Both the position numbers and the translations under genes were made by a program. Of a stretch of 64,000 nt of DNA, positions 44,212 to 53,156 are shown piece after piece; positions within the stretch are counted from its first letter, which is position 1, and the number at the start of each line of letters is the position of its first letter. The notes beneath the pieces were generated by a model that saw nothing but the letters and a program-made list of their open reading frames with translations, did no database searches and was not told the origin of the DNA. This DNA comes from Patescibacteria group bacterium (GTDB taxonomy: Bacteria; Patescibacteriota; Kazan-3B-28; UBA10110). The DNA is taken from contig JBAZXK010000001.1 of the NCBI GenBank assembly GCA_041659905.1, positions 122,670-186,669 of the forward strand, in the 5' to 3' direction.

Positions 44212-44320
44212 TTCCTCCCCTTACGGAGGGCCTGCCTGCCGGTAGGCAGGGAGGTTAGGAGGGGAGTTAACACTAAACCCCTACCCCTTAAATACTAGAT
44301 GTTAACCCCTAGATGCTGTG
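44212..44320. repeat. Family-B GC-rich composite element (copy B2: head + tail modules)
   Basis: cctccccttacggagggcctgcctgccggtaggcagggaggttaggaggggag, followed by the tail module shared with B4. Confidence 0.75.
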
Positions 44321-44324
44321 CGGT

Positions 44325-45188
44325 TTACTTGGCTAAAGCGCGGAGTAATCTAATGTCTTGAATGTCCAGTCTGGGATCCCCCGTCCGGGGAGTTTCCAGA
44401 ATCAGTGGACGTTCCCTGATGATTGGATTAGTCAGTAAGGCCCTAATTCCTTCTTCGCCGATAAACCCTTTGCCGATATTCTCGTGCCGGTCTTTTTTAG
44501 AGCCCAGATCAAACATGGCGTCGTTCATATGGATAAAGGCAAGATGTTCAAGACCTATTAGTTTATCAAATTTATCGAGCATCTGGGAAACATCTTTGGG
44601 AGTACGCAAATCTATCCCGGAAACAAACATGTGACAGGTATCTAAGCAGAATCCAAATCTTTTTTTAGTTTTTAAGCCTTTCCAGATAGCTCCTAGCTCT
44701 TCGATAGTATCCCCGATCTTATTCCCCGCCCCGGCATCACTCTCAATAATCAGCCGAACCGGCCATTTTTCATCAGTTAATTCAGCTAAACGATTAAGAG
44801 TGGCAACAGCGTTTTTGATACCCGGCTTATCCCCGTCTTGATTACTGCCGCAGTGAAAATTATAACCGTCGGCACCGATTTGATAAGCGATCTTAGCCTC
44901 TTCTTTGAGTTTTTTGAGGCTGAGATTGCGCAAAACATCTCGGTTGCTGGCCGGGTTGGGTAAATACGCGGCATGGACTAAAACTTTCTCTACGCCCGAG
45001 CGATGCCAGGCCGTCCTGAAATCGGCTGCCTCCTGATCGGTGATTTCCGGTGTTTCCCATCTTTGGGGTGGGCCTACGAAAATTTGAATAACATCGCAAT
45101 CTAATAATTCAGCTTCTGCAAATGCGCCAGGCAGCCCGCCGGCGATAGACACCTGGTAACCAGCTTTGATTTTATTCCCCATTGTCAT
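44325..45188 (-). CDS. nfo: Endonuclease IV (AP endonuclease family 2)
   Basis: Metal-binding motifs HAAYLPN, HCGS, ESDAG, LDTCHMF, HMND. Confidence 0.9.
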   Translation of the reverse strand: MTMGNKIKAGYQVSIAGGLPGAFAEAELLDCDVIQIFVGPPQRWETPEITDQEAADFRTAWHRSGVEKVLVHAAYLPNPASNRDVLRNLSLKKLKEEAKIAYQIGADGYNFHCGSNQDGDKPGIKNAVATLNRLAELTDEKWPVRLIIESDAGAGNKIGDTIEELGAIWKGLKTKKRFGFCLDTCHMFVSGIDLRTPKDVSQMLDKFDKLIGLEHLAFIHMNDAMFDLGSKKDRHENIGKGFIGEEGIRALLTNPIIRERPLILETPRTGDPRLDIQDIRLLRALAK

Positions 45189-45441
45189 TAGTTAAAGGAG
45201 ACACTATTTCTACTTCTTTTTCTATGTGCTCTTTAATAGAATTCACAGGATCTTTTTTCTTATCTAATCCTATACCGGGTATTATTGCTGGCAATTGCCA
45301 TATATTCGGGTCACTCTCTACTTCGGTTTTTATGGAACCATCCGAAGCTATCTCGCATCGGCCCGGTTTTCCTGTGACCCATACGCAATCATCGCTTGGG
45401 TTGTTCTGATCGGGCTGGTGTGGTGGCCCTTCCATGTTCAT
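45172..45441 (-). CDS. small hypothetical protein overlapping the nfo start
   Basis: Stop overlaps the nfo start by 17 nt. Confidence 0.35.
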   Translation of the reverse strand: MNMEGPPHQPDQNNPSDDCVWVTGKPGRCEIASDGSIKTEVESDPNIWQLPAIIPGIGLDKKKDPVNSIKEHIEKEVEIVSPLTNDNGE

Positions 45442-45499
45442 ACCTTTAGTTTACCAAAATAAATCGGGCCGATATTGTATTATATAAACGCATCCTAAT

Positions 45500-45574
45500 G
45501 GCGCTATCGTCTAGTGGTTAGGACGCCAGGTTCTCATCCTGGTAACCGGAGTTCGAATCTCCGTGGCGCTACCA
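45500..45574 (+). tRNA. tRNA-Glu (anticodon CUC)
   Basis: Cloverleaf: acceptor GGCGCTA/TGGCGCT, anticodon stem CCAGG/CCTGG with loop TTCTCAT, T-arm CGGAG-TTCGAAT-CTCCG, encoded CCA. Confidence 0.85.
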
Positions 45575-45610
45575 CTCCTATCTTAATTATAAGAAACTAG
45601 CCGTAAATCA

Positions 45611-45643
45611 AAACCGCCTCTTTGTGAAGCGGTTTTGATTTTA
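45611..45643. terminator. bidirectional hairpin terminator
   Basis: aaaaccgcctctttgtgaagcggttttgatttt. Confidence 0.65.
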
Positions 45644-45657
45644 TATCGAAATCGGAG

Positions 45658-45855
45658 TTACTTCTTCTTTAGGATTGGCAAACCAGTACGAGAGCTCTCT
45701 ACTACTTTATAAAGAGCGGGAACTTCATTTTGGGCACCAACGCCAGCAACTTTTGCAAAGTAATAAATCATCTGTTTGCGTCCACCTTTAAGGGTGACGT
45801 TCTTGCCGTGCAAGAAATAGGTTTTGCCCTTACTGTTGCGATAGCTAAAAGACAT
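45658..45855 (-). CDS. small conserved hypothetical protein (65 aa)
   Basis: SFSYRNSKGKTYFLHGK..GGRK.IYYFAK pattern resembles a widespread small protein family of unknown function. Confidence 0.45.
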   Translation of the reverse strand: MSFSYRNSKGKTYFLHGKNVTLKGGRKQMIYYFAKVAGVGAQNEVPALYKVVESSRTGLPILKKK

Positions 45856-45948
45856 ACGACCTCCTGATTAACCAATATATTACTACTTAAATTGTAACAC
45901 CTTAGCCCTCCTATGTGTAGGAGAAAGTTTTCCCCATTGTCAAAGGGA

Positions 45949-46458
45949 CTATAAAGTAGCTTCTCCGGGCTGCCAATCAGCTGGGCACATTTTCCCAGTC
46001 TGGAGAGCGGCCAAAACTCGTAACAACTCTTGAGTGCTGCGGCCGACATTCTCACTTATGGTCATGCTATATCTGATATTACCTTCAGGATCGATAACAA
46101 CCGTACCGCGCAGAGCAGTTCCCTCACTTTCTATAAGAAGGTTGTAATCTCGGCTAGTCCGTTTATGGAAATCACTCAAAAGGACAATATCCAGCCCGCC
46201 CAATTCTTCCGCCCATTTCTGATGGGCATATACACTATCCACACTGATTCCCAGCACGACACTGTTAACTTTCTTAAAATCGTCAGCCTGACTGTTTAAG
46301 CTAGTAATCTCGGTGGGACAGACATAAGTAAAATCGCCGGGATAGAAAAATAGCACTATCCACTTACCCTTGAACTCTTTTAGACTGTAATCTTTAACTT
46401 TGTTTTTGAAATATCCCTTAAGGATAAAATCGGGCGCCTTGTCTCCTATTTGTAACAT
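45949..46458 (-). CDS. Peroxiredoxin (AhpC/TSA family)
   Basis: DFTYVCPTEI peroxidatic Cys motif and C-terminal CPADWQPGE. Confidence 0.88.
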   Translation of the reverse strand: MLQIGDKAPDFILKGYFKNKVKDYSLKEFKGKWIVLFFYPGDFTYVCPTEITSLNSQADDFKKVNSVVLGISVDSVYAHQKWAEELGGLDIVLLSDFHKRTSRDYNLLIESEGTALRGTVVIDPEGNIRYSMTISENVGRSTQELLRVLAALQTGKMCPADWQPGEATL

Positions 46459-46601
46459 GTCTCACCTCTAGATTAACCTATTAATTATCTGCGATAGTCC
46501 TCCATAGCTCGCAGAGCGAAGGACGGAACTCTATATCATAGTATCAGGTCAGGTTTTGTCAAAACTAAAAACTCGCCCTAGGTAGGGCGAGCAACTATGA
46601 A

Positions 46602-47498
46602 TCAATCAACTAGCCGTAGATCTGGCCAGCCGGCCTGCCAGTCGGTTCTTAATTCTGCAGTAAGATATCTTTCGGCCTCAAAAATCGATGGCTCTGCATT
46701 GTTTGCAAAGTATTCTGTCAAAATTACATCTACATCACTGAAGAAGTGATCTCTTTGCCTAGCGGGAAGTTCTTTTGTGTTATGGCAGTATTGTCTCCAT
46801 GCCCTATCATCATAGAGTCGGTCCAACGGCAGCCACTGCCACATCTGTCGGTTAAAGGGTAGCAACTGAAGATCTTTAGTAAGTTCTGCAGAAGAAGGAA
46901 CAATAAAATTGTCGCTCACTTCCAAAGATCCCAAGGGACTGCCCAAGACATGGTAAATTATACCGGTTATCATTACATTTTTTGTATAATCACTATATCC
47001 TGCTGGCAATTCCTCAAAAGTGGGGTAATAATTAAGCAAATCCTTGTCACTGATCGCTGTATTAACTACACAATGGGGCACTGTGGCATTAGGGATTACT
47101 ACCATGCGAAAATCCGCATATTGCAACGCAGGAAATGATACACCGTTATGATTGGAATTGCGAACAAATAACTCAGGATTTCCGTTGAGTTTGGTGTAAT
47201 ATCTCTGAGTTGGAGGCTTGATTGCCCCTGACTCCAACGAGATAACACTAAGTGCGCTAACTAGGATTAAACATATCAATAATACAGTGCTGTCGCGGAA
47301 CAAAACCCAAGCAAGCTCTAACAGAAGATACGGACGATCTTCTCTGTCGGTTGTACCAAGAGAATTAACAGCGCCAGAAATCCGGCGGATTTCGTTGGGG
47401 AGTATGCGGCGCGCTATGACAATCGTAATAATAACGACCGTAATAGCACCCAGCCACGATAATACCCAGTAACTCCAAAATAGGACATCGCTATTCAT
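46602..47498 (-). CDS. membrane-anchored hypothetical protein, paralog 1 of tandem pair
   Basis: N-terminal TM helices. Shares WQWLPLDRLYDDRAWRQY / FQWLPWERFRDNQQWYAKE and other blocks with the CDS at 47741-48490. Confidence 0.6.
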   Translation of the reverse strand: MNSDVLFWSYWVLSWLGAITVVIITIVIARRILPNEIRRISGAVNSLGTTDREDRPYLLLELAWVLFRDSTVLLICLILVSALSVISLESGAIKPPTQRYYTKLNGNPELFVRNSNHNGVSFPALQYADFRMVVIPNATVPHCVVNTAISDKDLLNYYPTFEELPAGYSDYTKNVMITGIIYHVLGSPLGSLEVSDNFIVPSSAELTKDLQLLPFNRQMWQWLPLDRLYDDRAWRQYCHNTKELPARQRDHFFSDVDVILTEYFANNAEPSIFEAERYLTAELRTDWQAGWPDLRLVD

Positions 47499-47513
47499 AG
47501 CGTGCCTCCTTAA

Positions 47514-47578
47514 TTTTCAATAGTGTCAGGCGCATTTACCTGTAGGGTCAGAATAGCAGAAAAACCGCTCCCAGTCAA
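47514..47578 (-). promoter_or_regulatory. conserved promoter (TTGACT-GGGAGCGGTTTT..TATTCT) plus conserved 5'-UTR hairpin for paralog 1
   Basis: Minus strand: TTGACTgggagcggtttttctgcTATTCT, then cugcaggNaaaugcgccugacacuauugaaaauu, about 90% identical to the copy at 48524-48592. Confidence 0.6.
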
Positions 47579-47740
47579 GGTTTTGTATATATTACGTTGT
47601 TTCAGGCTAGATCTGAGATCTTAAATTTCTATATTGGAGGGGCACCACTCAGCCAGTTGATAGAACACCTCAATCCCAATTAAAAACCCGCCCGTTAAGG
47701 CGAGGTTTTCTTCTATACTGCTAGTAGTGATGTGCAAATA

Positions 47741-48490
47741 TTACCAGTTATTGCTCTTACTCACGAGCGTAAAATCTGGCATATACCAATCGTGCCTCAA
47801 GCTTGTTATGATAGCCTGCTTGGCGGCTTCAGTGGTGGGTTGGGTAATTGTTGTGCCAAGATAATCTTGGAATGCCACTGTTGCTTGATTGAAGAACATA
47901 TTTTCTTGAATAACCACGAGGTCATTGTTGTGTTCTTCCTTGGCGTACCATTGTTGATTATCTCGAAATCGTTCCCAAGGCAACCACTGAAAACCACTGC
48001 GCTGGTGTTCCTCTAAAGCAAGAGAAACAAAGGAGTCATCTCCTTCAAGGAGTCGCTGGGAAAATGGTTTGAAAGTAACTATTATCTCGGCATAGTAAGG
48101 ATCTTCTGATGTCCCTTCGAGGAGAAATCTGCGAGTCACTTCAACCGTGGCATAGCGCTTAATGTAATGGTCCGGCTCTATGGGGTTAGATATCATTACC
48201 CCTTGGCTGTTCCTTTGATAAACATAACCGAGTACCGTTGATGTGTCAGCAATAGATAGAGGAGCTGCTGAAGATAAGGGTAGCCCGATAATAGGGATGG
48301 CCTTAGTAGAATTATCAGGTTGGAACAAAGAAAGTGAACCACCGAACAGTAGTGCATATCCCCATAATCCAGTCAGTGCAAACATTAGGCCTCGCCAACC
48401 CCGATCGCGCATTACCACACCAATAATAATGAATACCACTGGCATTATCCATAGGATGTAGAAAAAACTAAATTCTATGTTTTCGAGCAT
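47741..48490 (-). CDS. membrane-anchored hypothetical protein, paralog 2 of tandem pair
   Basis: Same architecture as the CDS at 46602-47498, with an AAGGAG SD. Confidence 0.6.
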   Translation of the reverse strand: MLENIEFSFFYILWIMPVVFIIIGVVMRDRGWRGLMFALTGLWGYALLFGGSLSLFQPDNSTKAIPIIGLPLSSAAPLSIADTSTVLGYVYQRNSQGVMISNPIEPDHYIKRYATVEVTRRFLLEGTSEDPYYAEIIVTFKPFSQRLLEGDDSFVSLALEEHQRSGFQWLPWERFRDNQQWYAKEEHNNDLVVIQENMFFNQATVAFQDYLGTTITQPTTEAAKQAIITSLRHDWYMPDFTLVSKSNNW

Positions 48491-48523
48491 GAATTGACTC
48501 CTTGCGTTTTATGCCCGCTGGGC

Positions 48524-48592
48524 AAAATTTTCAATAGTGTCAGGCGCATTTGCCTGCAGAGTTAGAATAGTATAAAACCCGCTCCCAGTCAA
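48524..48592 (-). promoter_or_regulatory. conserved promoter module plus 5'-UTR hairpin for paralog 2
   Basis: Minus strand: TTGACTgggagcgggttttatacTATTCT...gcaggcaaatgcgcctgacactattgaaaatt. Confidence 0.6.
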
Positions 48593-48709
48593 TATTTTAA
48601 TGTAACTTCTCCTTCCAGGCCAGAGGCGATTTTGCTCGGAGGGTAATATTATTCTTCGCCTGCCCGTGCCGGACTTGAGCGGCCAGGGAGTGAAATCGAG
48701 AAGTACTTT

Positions 48710-49462
48710 TTAGAGCTTATTTATTGGTAAAACAACCTCACGGATTTTGATTTTGGTGGGGAGAGCGGAAGTGGGGTTAAATTTTAAGAGTTGGTTAATA
48801 GTCAGGGGTATAGAAACCAGGCCAGTAGCCGGGTGTACGGAATAGGGGCTTCGGATCATCCCGTTTTTATGAATAATTTGTTCATCGAGTAAGATTGACT
48901 TGGCGGTAGTTTTGTCGGTGGAGCTGGTGGTAATAATCGGATTTTTCTTTAGAATAATTTTATAAAATTCGCCAGCATGTTTTGTTTGTAAGATTGTTTC
49001 CAATTCTGCTGCAAATTGTCTAATCTGTTTCCTGAATTTCAGCCAGTCCGGCTTCACATCACCTAGGCTCCACATAAAGTGAAATCCCCGATTACCGGAG
49101 AACTTCAGTAGATATTCAATGCCCTTTTTATCCAATAATTTCGCCATTTCGTAAGCGGCCAATTTAACCAAATCAAACATTTTATCTGTGCGCGCATCCA
49201 AATCCATCACAAACCAAACATCTTTTTCTCCTAATAGATGCGGATGGAATGAATAAGTGTGTAATTTCGCCCAAGCGATAATGTCTTTCGGACTATTTAG
49301 AGTAATCCAGCCGGATTTATCCGGTAGACCTTTGGCGCCATGCCGGCGATATAAAATATTCTTGTCAAAAACCTGTTGGACAGCGATTTTTCGATTCCGC
49401 AAAAATGGCCATGCTGCTGGCACCGCTTTTCCCCAATAATCTACTAACCAAGGTATCGGCAT
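48710..49462 (-). CDS. LigD-type primase-polymerase domain protein (AEP family, NHEJ polymerase)
   Basis: VWFVMDLDA (DxD) and FSGNRGFHF (SGxRGxH) motifs. The track start at 49552 (TTG) lies inside repeat A3; the ATG at 49462 (MPIPWLV) is preferred. Confidence 0.7.
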   Translation of the reverse strand: MPIPWLVDYWGKAVPAAWPFLRNRKIAVQQVFDKNILYRRHGAKGLPDKSGWITLNSPKDIIAWAKLHTYSFHPHLLGEKDVWFVMDLDARTDKMFDLVKLAAYEMAKLLDKKGIEYLLKFSGNRGFHFMWSLGDVKPDWLKFRKQIRQFAAELETILQTKHAGEFYKIILKKNPIITTSSTDKTTAKSILLDEQIIHKNGMIRSPYSVHPATGLVSIPLTINQLLKFNPTSALPTKIKIREVVLPINKL

Positions 49463-49477
49463 AACTCTTCTCTTTTT

Positions 49478-49550
49478 GTCATCCTGAGCGGAACAACAGT
49501 GGAGTCGAAGGATCTCCTCCACTAGATTCCTCGACCTCGCTCGGAATGAC
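49478..49550 (+). repeat. Family-A palindromic mini-repeat copy A3 between the ligase and polymerase genes
   Basis: gtcatcctgagcg...cgctcggaatgac termini; core gtggagtcgaaggatct...agattcctcgac. Confidence 0.8.
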
Positions 49551-49561
49551 AATAATAGATA

Positions 49562-50593
49562 TCAGTTCTCTTTAATAACTAATCTAGATGGTTTATCCAC
49601 TCGCAATCCCATATATACCGGTTGGCGCAGGATATTGTCTTTAGTCCATTCGCCAAAGGCAAATTCCCCCACCAGCCGCGGTTTGAGCCAGATAACAGTT
49701 TCATTTCTGGTTACCATACTCCCTCCCCTCCTAACCTCCTCGCCTAGCCGGCGAGGCTGGCCCTCTGCAGGGGAGGATTTTTTGGAGATGTCGACAAATG
49801 GAGATTTGGTGGATTTAAGTTTTAAGAATTTCTGCTTGAGCTCGCCACGCTCTGTATCAGTAAAACCAGTGCCGACTTTTCCGGCATAAACTAACTTCTT
49901 ACCCCGGTAATAACCCACCAAAACCGCTCCGAAAGTAGTTTTAGTCTTACCCTGACCGGGAGTGTAGGCCCCGATGACAAATTCCTGTTGGTTGTGGGTT
50001 TTGATCTTCACCCAATCACCGCTCCGCCTACCTTCTTGGTAGCGACTATCTATTCTTTTACCGATAATGCCCTCCCAGTGTTTTTGCTTAGCTTTTTTAA
50101 AAAGAGAGATGCCGTCGCTAGATAATGGTGCTAAATAATATAAAACCCCGAGTATGTAGGGTGGGTGAGGCTTGAATAGTAATCTAAGCTTTTCTTTACG
50201 CTCCAGCAGAGATTTAGTTTCCCAATTCTTGCCGTCATAATTTAGCAAATCAAAGGCCAAGTAGGCTGCCGGAACCCTTTTAGTCAGCTTGGCAATTTCA
50301 TGAGGATCGGTTTGACCAATGCGCGGCTGCAGAGCCTGAAAGCTACTAATACCTTTGCGAAAAGCGGTGATCTCACCATCTAGCACCAACTGTTTGGGAG
50401 ATAATTTCTTAATGGCTGCAACAATTTCCGGAAATTGTTTTGCCTTGTCTTTATTGTTTCGCGTCAGCAGTCTAACTTTTTCTCCGGTTTTAATTGCAAT
50501 AATCCGCATCCCGTCAATTTTATGCTCAAAAACCCACTCCTTGCTCTTGAAGGGTTTATCAACCAACCGGCAAAGCATCGGAGCGTATTTCAT
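49562..50593 (-). CDS. ATP-dependent DNA ligase (LigD/LigC-like ligase domain) carrying an in-frame family-B repeat insertion near the C-terminus
   Basis: Adenylation motif EHKIDGMR, OB-fold tail ...WLKPRLVGEFAFGEWT..LRQPVYMGLRVDK. The peptide SPAEGQPRRLGEEVRRGGS is encoded by repeat B3. Confidence 0.85.
   Translation of the reverse strand: MKYAPMLCRLVDKPFKSKEWVFEHKIDGMRIIAIKTGEKVRLLTRNNKDKAKQFPEIVAAIKKLSPKQLVLDGEITAFRKGISSFQALQPRIGQTDPHEIAKLTKRVPAAYLAFDLLNYDGKNWETKSLLERKEKLRLLFKPHPPYILGVLYYLAPLSSDGISLFKKAKQKHWEGIIGKRIDSRYQEGRRSGDWVKIKTHNQQEFVIGAYTPGQGKTKTTFGAVLVGYYRGKKLVYAGKVGTGFTDTERGELKQKFLKLKSTKSPFVDISKKSSPAEGQPRRLGEEVRRGGSMVTRNETVIWLKPRLVGEFAFGEWTKDNILRQPVYMGLRVDKPSRLVIKEN
49719..49785 (-). 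repeat. Family-B GC-rich element copy B3 inside the ATP-dependent ligase ORF
   Basis: The reverse complement reads cctcccctgcagagggccagcctcgccggctaggcgaggaggttaggaggggaggg. Compare B2 gagggcc-[hairpin]-aggttaggaggggag. Confidence 0.75.
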
Positions 50594-50649
50594 ATCTTCG
50601 CACCTTCATTATACAGAATACAGACAAAACAAAGCGAGAAGAATTACGT

Positions 50650-50676
50650 AATTAAATATATATTTAAATAAATACT
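50650..50676. repeat. degenerate copy of the AT-palindrome (taaatatatatttaaataaatactt) upstream of the ligase promoter
   Basis: Similar to the perfect 24-nt palindromes at 53116-53139 and 59021-59044. Confidence 0.45.
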
Positions 50677-50706
50677 TAGCTTTACACTAAAAAAGCCAGC
50701 GGCAGG

Positions 50707-52323
50707 TTAGTCTTTCGGAAGAGTGCCGGTGCAGGTAATGTCAGCACCTGGCAAATCTTCTTTTAGCTGGTCGCAATCCTCCGTAGTTACTCCCCGTCCA
50801 GACAGTTTTAATGTGGATAGTTGTTTCAAATTAAATAATGGGGAAATATCTAACGCTGGCAATAAACTGCTGGTTCCTGACGGTAAACGCAAACAGCCAG
50901 GGCCGGACTCTCTCAGGTCAACCGCTTTTAATTTAGCGGAATAAAGAAAAGATCGGATAGAGGTGAGGGGTGATCCCCGGAATGAAACGGTATTCATCTG
51001 CGGGAAAGGCAAATCTTTAACTTCTAACTGGTCGTTCATATTAGGAGCTAGGCTGGCAGTAAAATCCAGACCCACGGGGCTCTTTAAGCAATCAGCGAAC
51101 AAATATCGCAGTTTCTTAAACCAGAGCGTCGCTGAAATAGAATCGAGATCATTGCCACTGACATCTAGCCACAACAGGTTGTGCAGATTCTCGACTACAT
51201 CCAATTCAGTGGCATTGGTAGATGACATCGACAAAATCTGGATATTTTCCAGCGGTTTTAGGGCAGAAAAATCAACGTGTCCAAAATTATCCACGGCTTG
51301 CACATTGCCGATAGTCAGAATGCGCAACTTGCTTAGCGCTGATATGGGAAATAAGTTAACTTTCGGGGTAAATGTATAAATTAGTTTTTGACTCACTTCA
51401 AACCCGGCCGCAGCGCTATCGGCATACGGCATCCACGAGTAGCTGCCATACCCCCCGACATTGCCGCCCTGATTTATGCTGGAGCCTTGGGCGCTCACAG
51501 AAGGGATTTGCAGCGCTTCCAGGCAAGTCAGATTTTTGATAGCAGCGAGAGCGCTATAATTGTTGTCGCGAAAATCTCCGGGAATTTTTACCCTGGATTG
51601 TTCCTTTACTCTATAAGAATTTTTATTTACAAAAACCGGTAATATCGATGGGCCACTGTAATTTTTAAGAGAGAGATCTCCTGCTTTGGGAAGTAAATTA
51701 CCTAGATCTGTTCCAGGCCCGAATGGCAAAAAGGTCTGCGGATATTCGGACACCTCAGCCGGGATATAAAATATTTCCGAAACCGTATCGCCAGAAGAAC
51801 TCCTAGCTCCCGATGTTAGTTTAATAGTGTCATTAGGATAATATTCGCCGTAACCTTTGTTATCGGGCAATTCATAGAAAGCTCGGCAGGCCGGATAATA
51901 TACCCTTTCCGTGGACGAAGTTTCCGTGATCTCGCCGGTTATGGGATCAGTAATTTTTTTGGTATGAGTTTCTTCTTTCCAATAAGATTTCTTTTTGCAA
52001 TTCTCCCACCACACCGCTGCCGAAAACTTTATTTTACTGGGGCCGTCTAGACCGATTAATCTCTTACTAAACAGGCCGTCTTCTTTAAATTGCCCCGACA
52101 AATCCGTGAGTTCCGTGCTCATTTCGTGATGAAGCAGAGGATTGTATTTAACGTATTCGGTAGCGTAATCCGAATTAGAGCATAATAATTTTTTGTTTTC
52201 GGCTAAGCGTTGATAAAGCCAGGAATTTAAAATCTTTTCCTGCGTGATCGGCGGTTTAATGGAACAACCCGATAAAATAATCAGGAAAGTTACTGTCACT
52301 ACGGCTGGCCACCACTTCTTCAC
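50707..52323 (-). CDS. leucine-rich-repeat lipoprotein (secreted/surface)
   Basis: Signal peptide with lipobox LSGCS. LRR consensus LxxLxxLxLxxN repeated (LENIQILSMSS, LHNLLWLDVSGNDL, LKQLSTLKLSG). Confidence 0.7.
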   Translation of the reverse strand: MKKWWPAVVTVTFLIILSGCSIKPPITQEKILNSWLYQRLAENKKLLCSNSDYATEYVKYNPLLHHEMSTELTDLSGQFKEDGLFSKRLIGLDGPSKIKFSAAVWWENCKKKSYWKEETHTKKITDPITGEITETSSTERVYYPACRAFYELPDNKGYGEYYPNDTIKLTSGARSSSGDTVSEIFYIPAEVSEYPQTFLPFGPGTDLGNLLPKAGDLSLKNYSGPSILPVFVNKNSYRVKEQSRVKIPGDFRDNNYSALAAIKNLTCLEALQIPSVSAQGSSINQGGNVGGYGSYSWMPYADSAAAGFEVSQKLIYTFTPKVNLFPISALSKLRILTIGNVQAVDNFGHVDFSALKPLENIQILSMSSTNATELDVVENLHNLLWLDVSGNDLDSISATLWFKKLRYLFADCLKSPVGLDFTASLAPNMNDQLEVKDLPFPQMNTVSFRGSPLTSIRSFLYSAKLKAVDLRESGPGCLRLPSGTSSLLPALDISPLFNLKQLSTLKLSGRGVTTEDCDQLKEDLPGADITCTGTLPKD

Positions 52324-52355
52324 CGTTTTATTATACAGATTAAACCCGCGCTCTT

Positions 52356-52967
52356 CTACTGGGCAGCGCCGGCGCCAATTCGAATTGAAGCAGTGGCTGC
52401 CTCAAGAGTGCGGGCCAATTTATCTACAATAGGGTTGTTCAATCGGGAGCGCAAAATAGCCAGCACTTTTTGGCAAAACCAGAATCGTTCCTGCGGTGTC
52501 ACGCTAGGATTAAGTTTATACCACAAGGATTCGCCCTCTTCCAAATAAGAGGTGGTGATAGATTGGATAAAATGAATTTTATCGGCTGCGCAAATCATTA
52601 AAGCCTCCGGGCTAGCAACGGTCAATTGATCGAGATATTTTAATTTGCGCTCTCGCCAGGTTAATTTAAAATTCGACCGCCGGTGGGCGGTCTCTAATAC
52701 GCTTACTTCCTGGACAATTTGGCAGATGAGTTGGCTAAAGTCGCGGCAAATATCGGCTTGGCTGTAAACAGCTGGGTCCACATCTTCTAAAACATCGTGC
52801 AGTAATCCGGCCACAATAGTATTTTCGTCATCAGTATAGCGTGATAATAAAATGGCCACCGCATAAGGGTGGACCACATAAGGAAACTGCTCGGCTTTTC
52901 GGGATTCACCTTGGTGAATCTCATTTATTTTAGTGATAGCTTTTTGGACTAATGGAGTGATTTTCAT
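52356..52967 (-). CDS. HD-domain phosphohydrolase
   Basis: HD motif: VVHPYAVAILL...AGLLHDVLED. Confidence 0.75.
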   Translation of the reverse strand: MKITPLVQKAITKINEIHQGESRKAEQFPYVVHPYAVAILLSRYTDDENTIVAGLLHDVLEDVDPAVYSQADICRDFSQLICQIVQEVSVLETAHRRSNFKLTWRERKLKYLDQLTVASPEALMICAADKIHFIQSITTSYLEEGESLWYKLNPSVTPQERFWFCQKVLAILRSRLNNPIVDKLARTLEAATASIRIGAGAAQ

Positions 52968-53115
52968 AAAATCACATGTTTATTGCCCGCATTGTACTGC
53001 TACCACAATAGAATACAAGGGAAACCGTCCGGAAAGGCTATCTAACTCCTCATCCGGTACTTTTTACCACCATTTTCAACGGCTCAACCTATTGAGCCGT
53101 TCAGTTGTTCAAAAG

Positions 53116-53139
53116 AAGTATATATTTAAATATATACTT
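53116..53139. promoter_or_regulatory. perfect 24-nt AT palindrome AAGTATATATTTAAATATATACTT (copy 1) next to a minus-strand terminator hairpin (53157-53179)
   Basis: Exact copy at 59021-59044 with about 57 nt of identical flank. The hairpin stem shows compensatory changes between the copies. Confidence 0.6.
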
Positions 53140-53156
53140 CGGTATGTAATTAAAAA

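Noticed and set aside
49463-49552. N-terminal 30 residues of the track ORF 48710-49552 (MSFRARSRNLVEEILRLHCCSAQDDKKRR)
   Set aside because: This segment is a translation of repeat A3 beginning at a TTG; the ATG at 49462 with the conserved MPIPWLV start is preferred.
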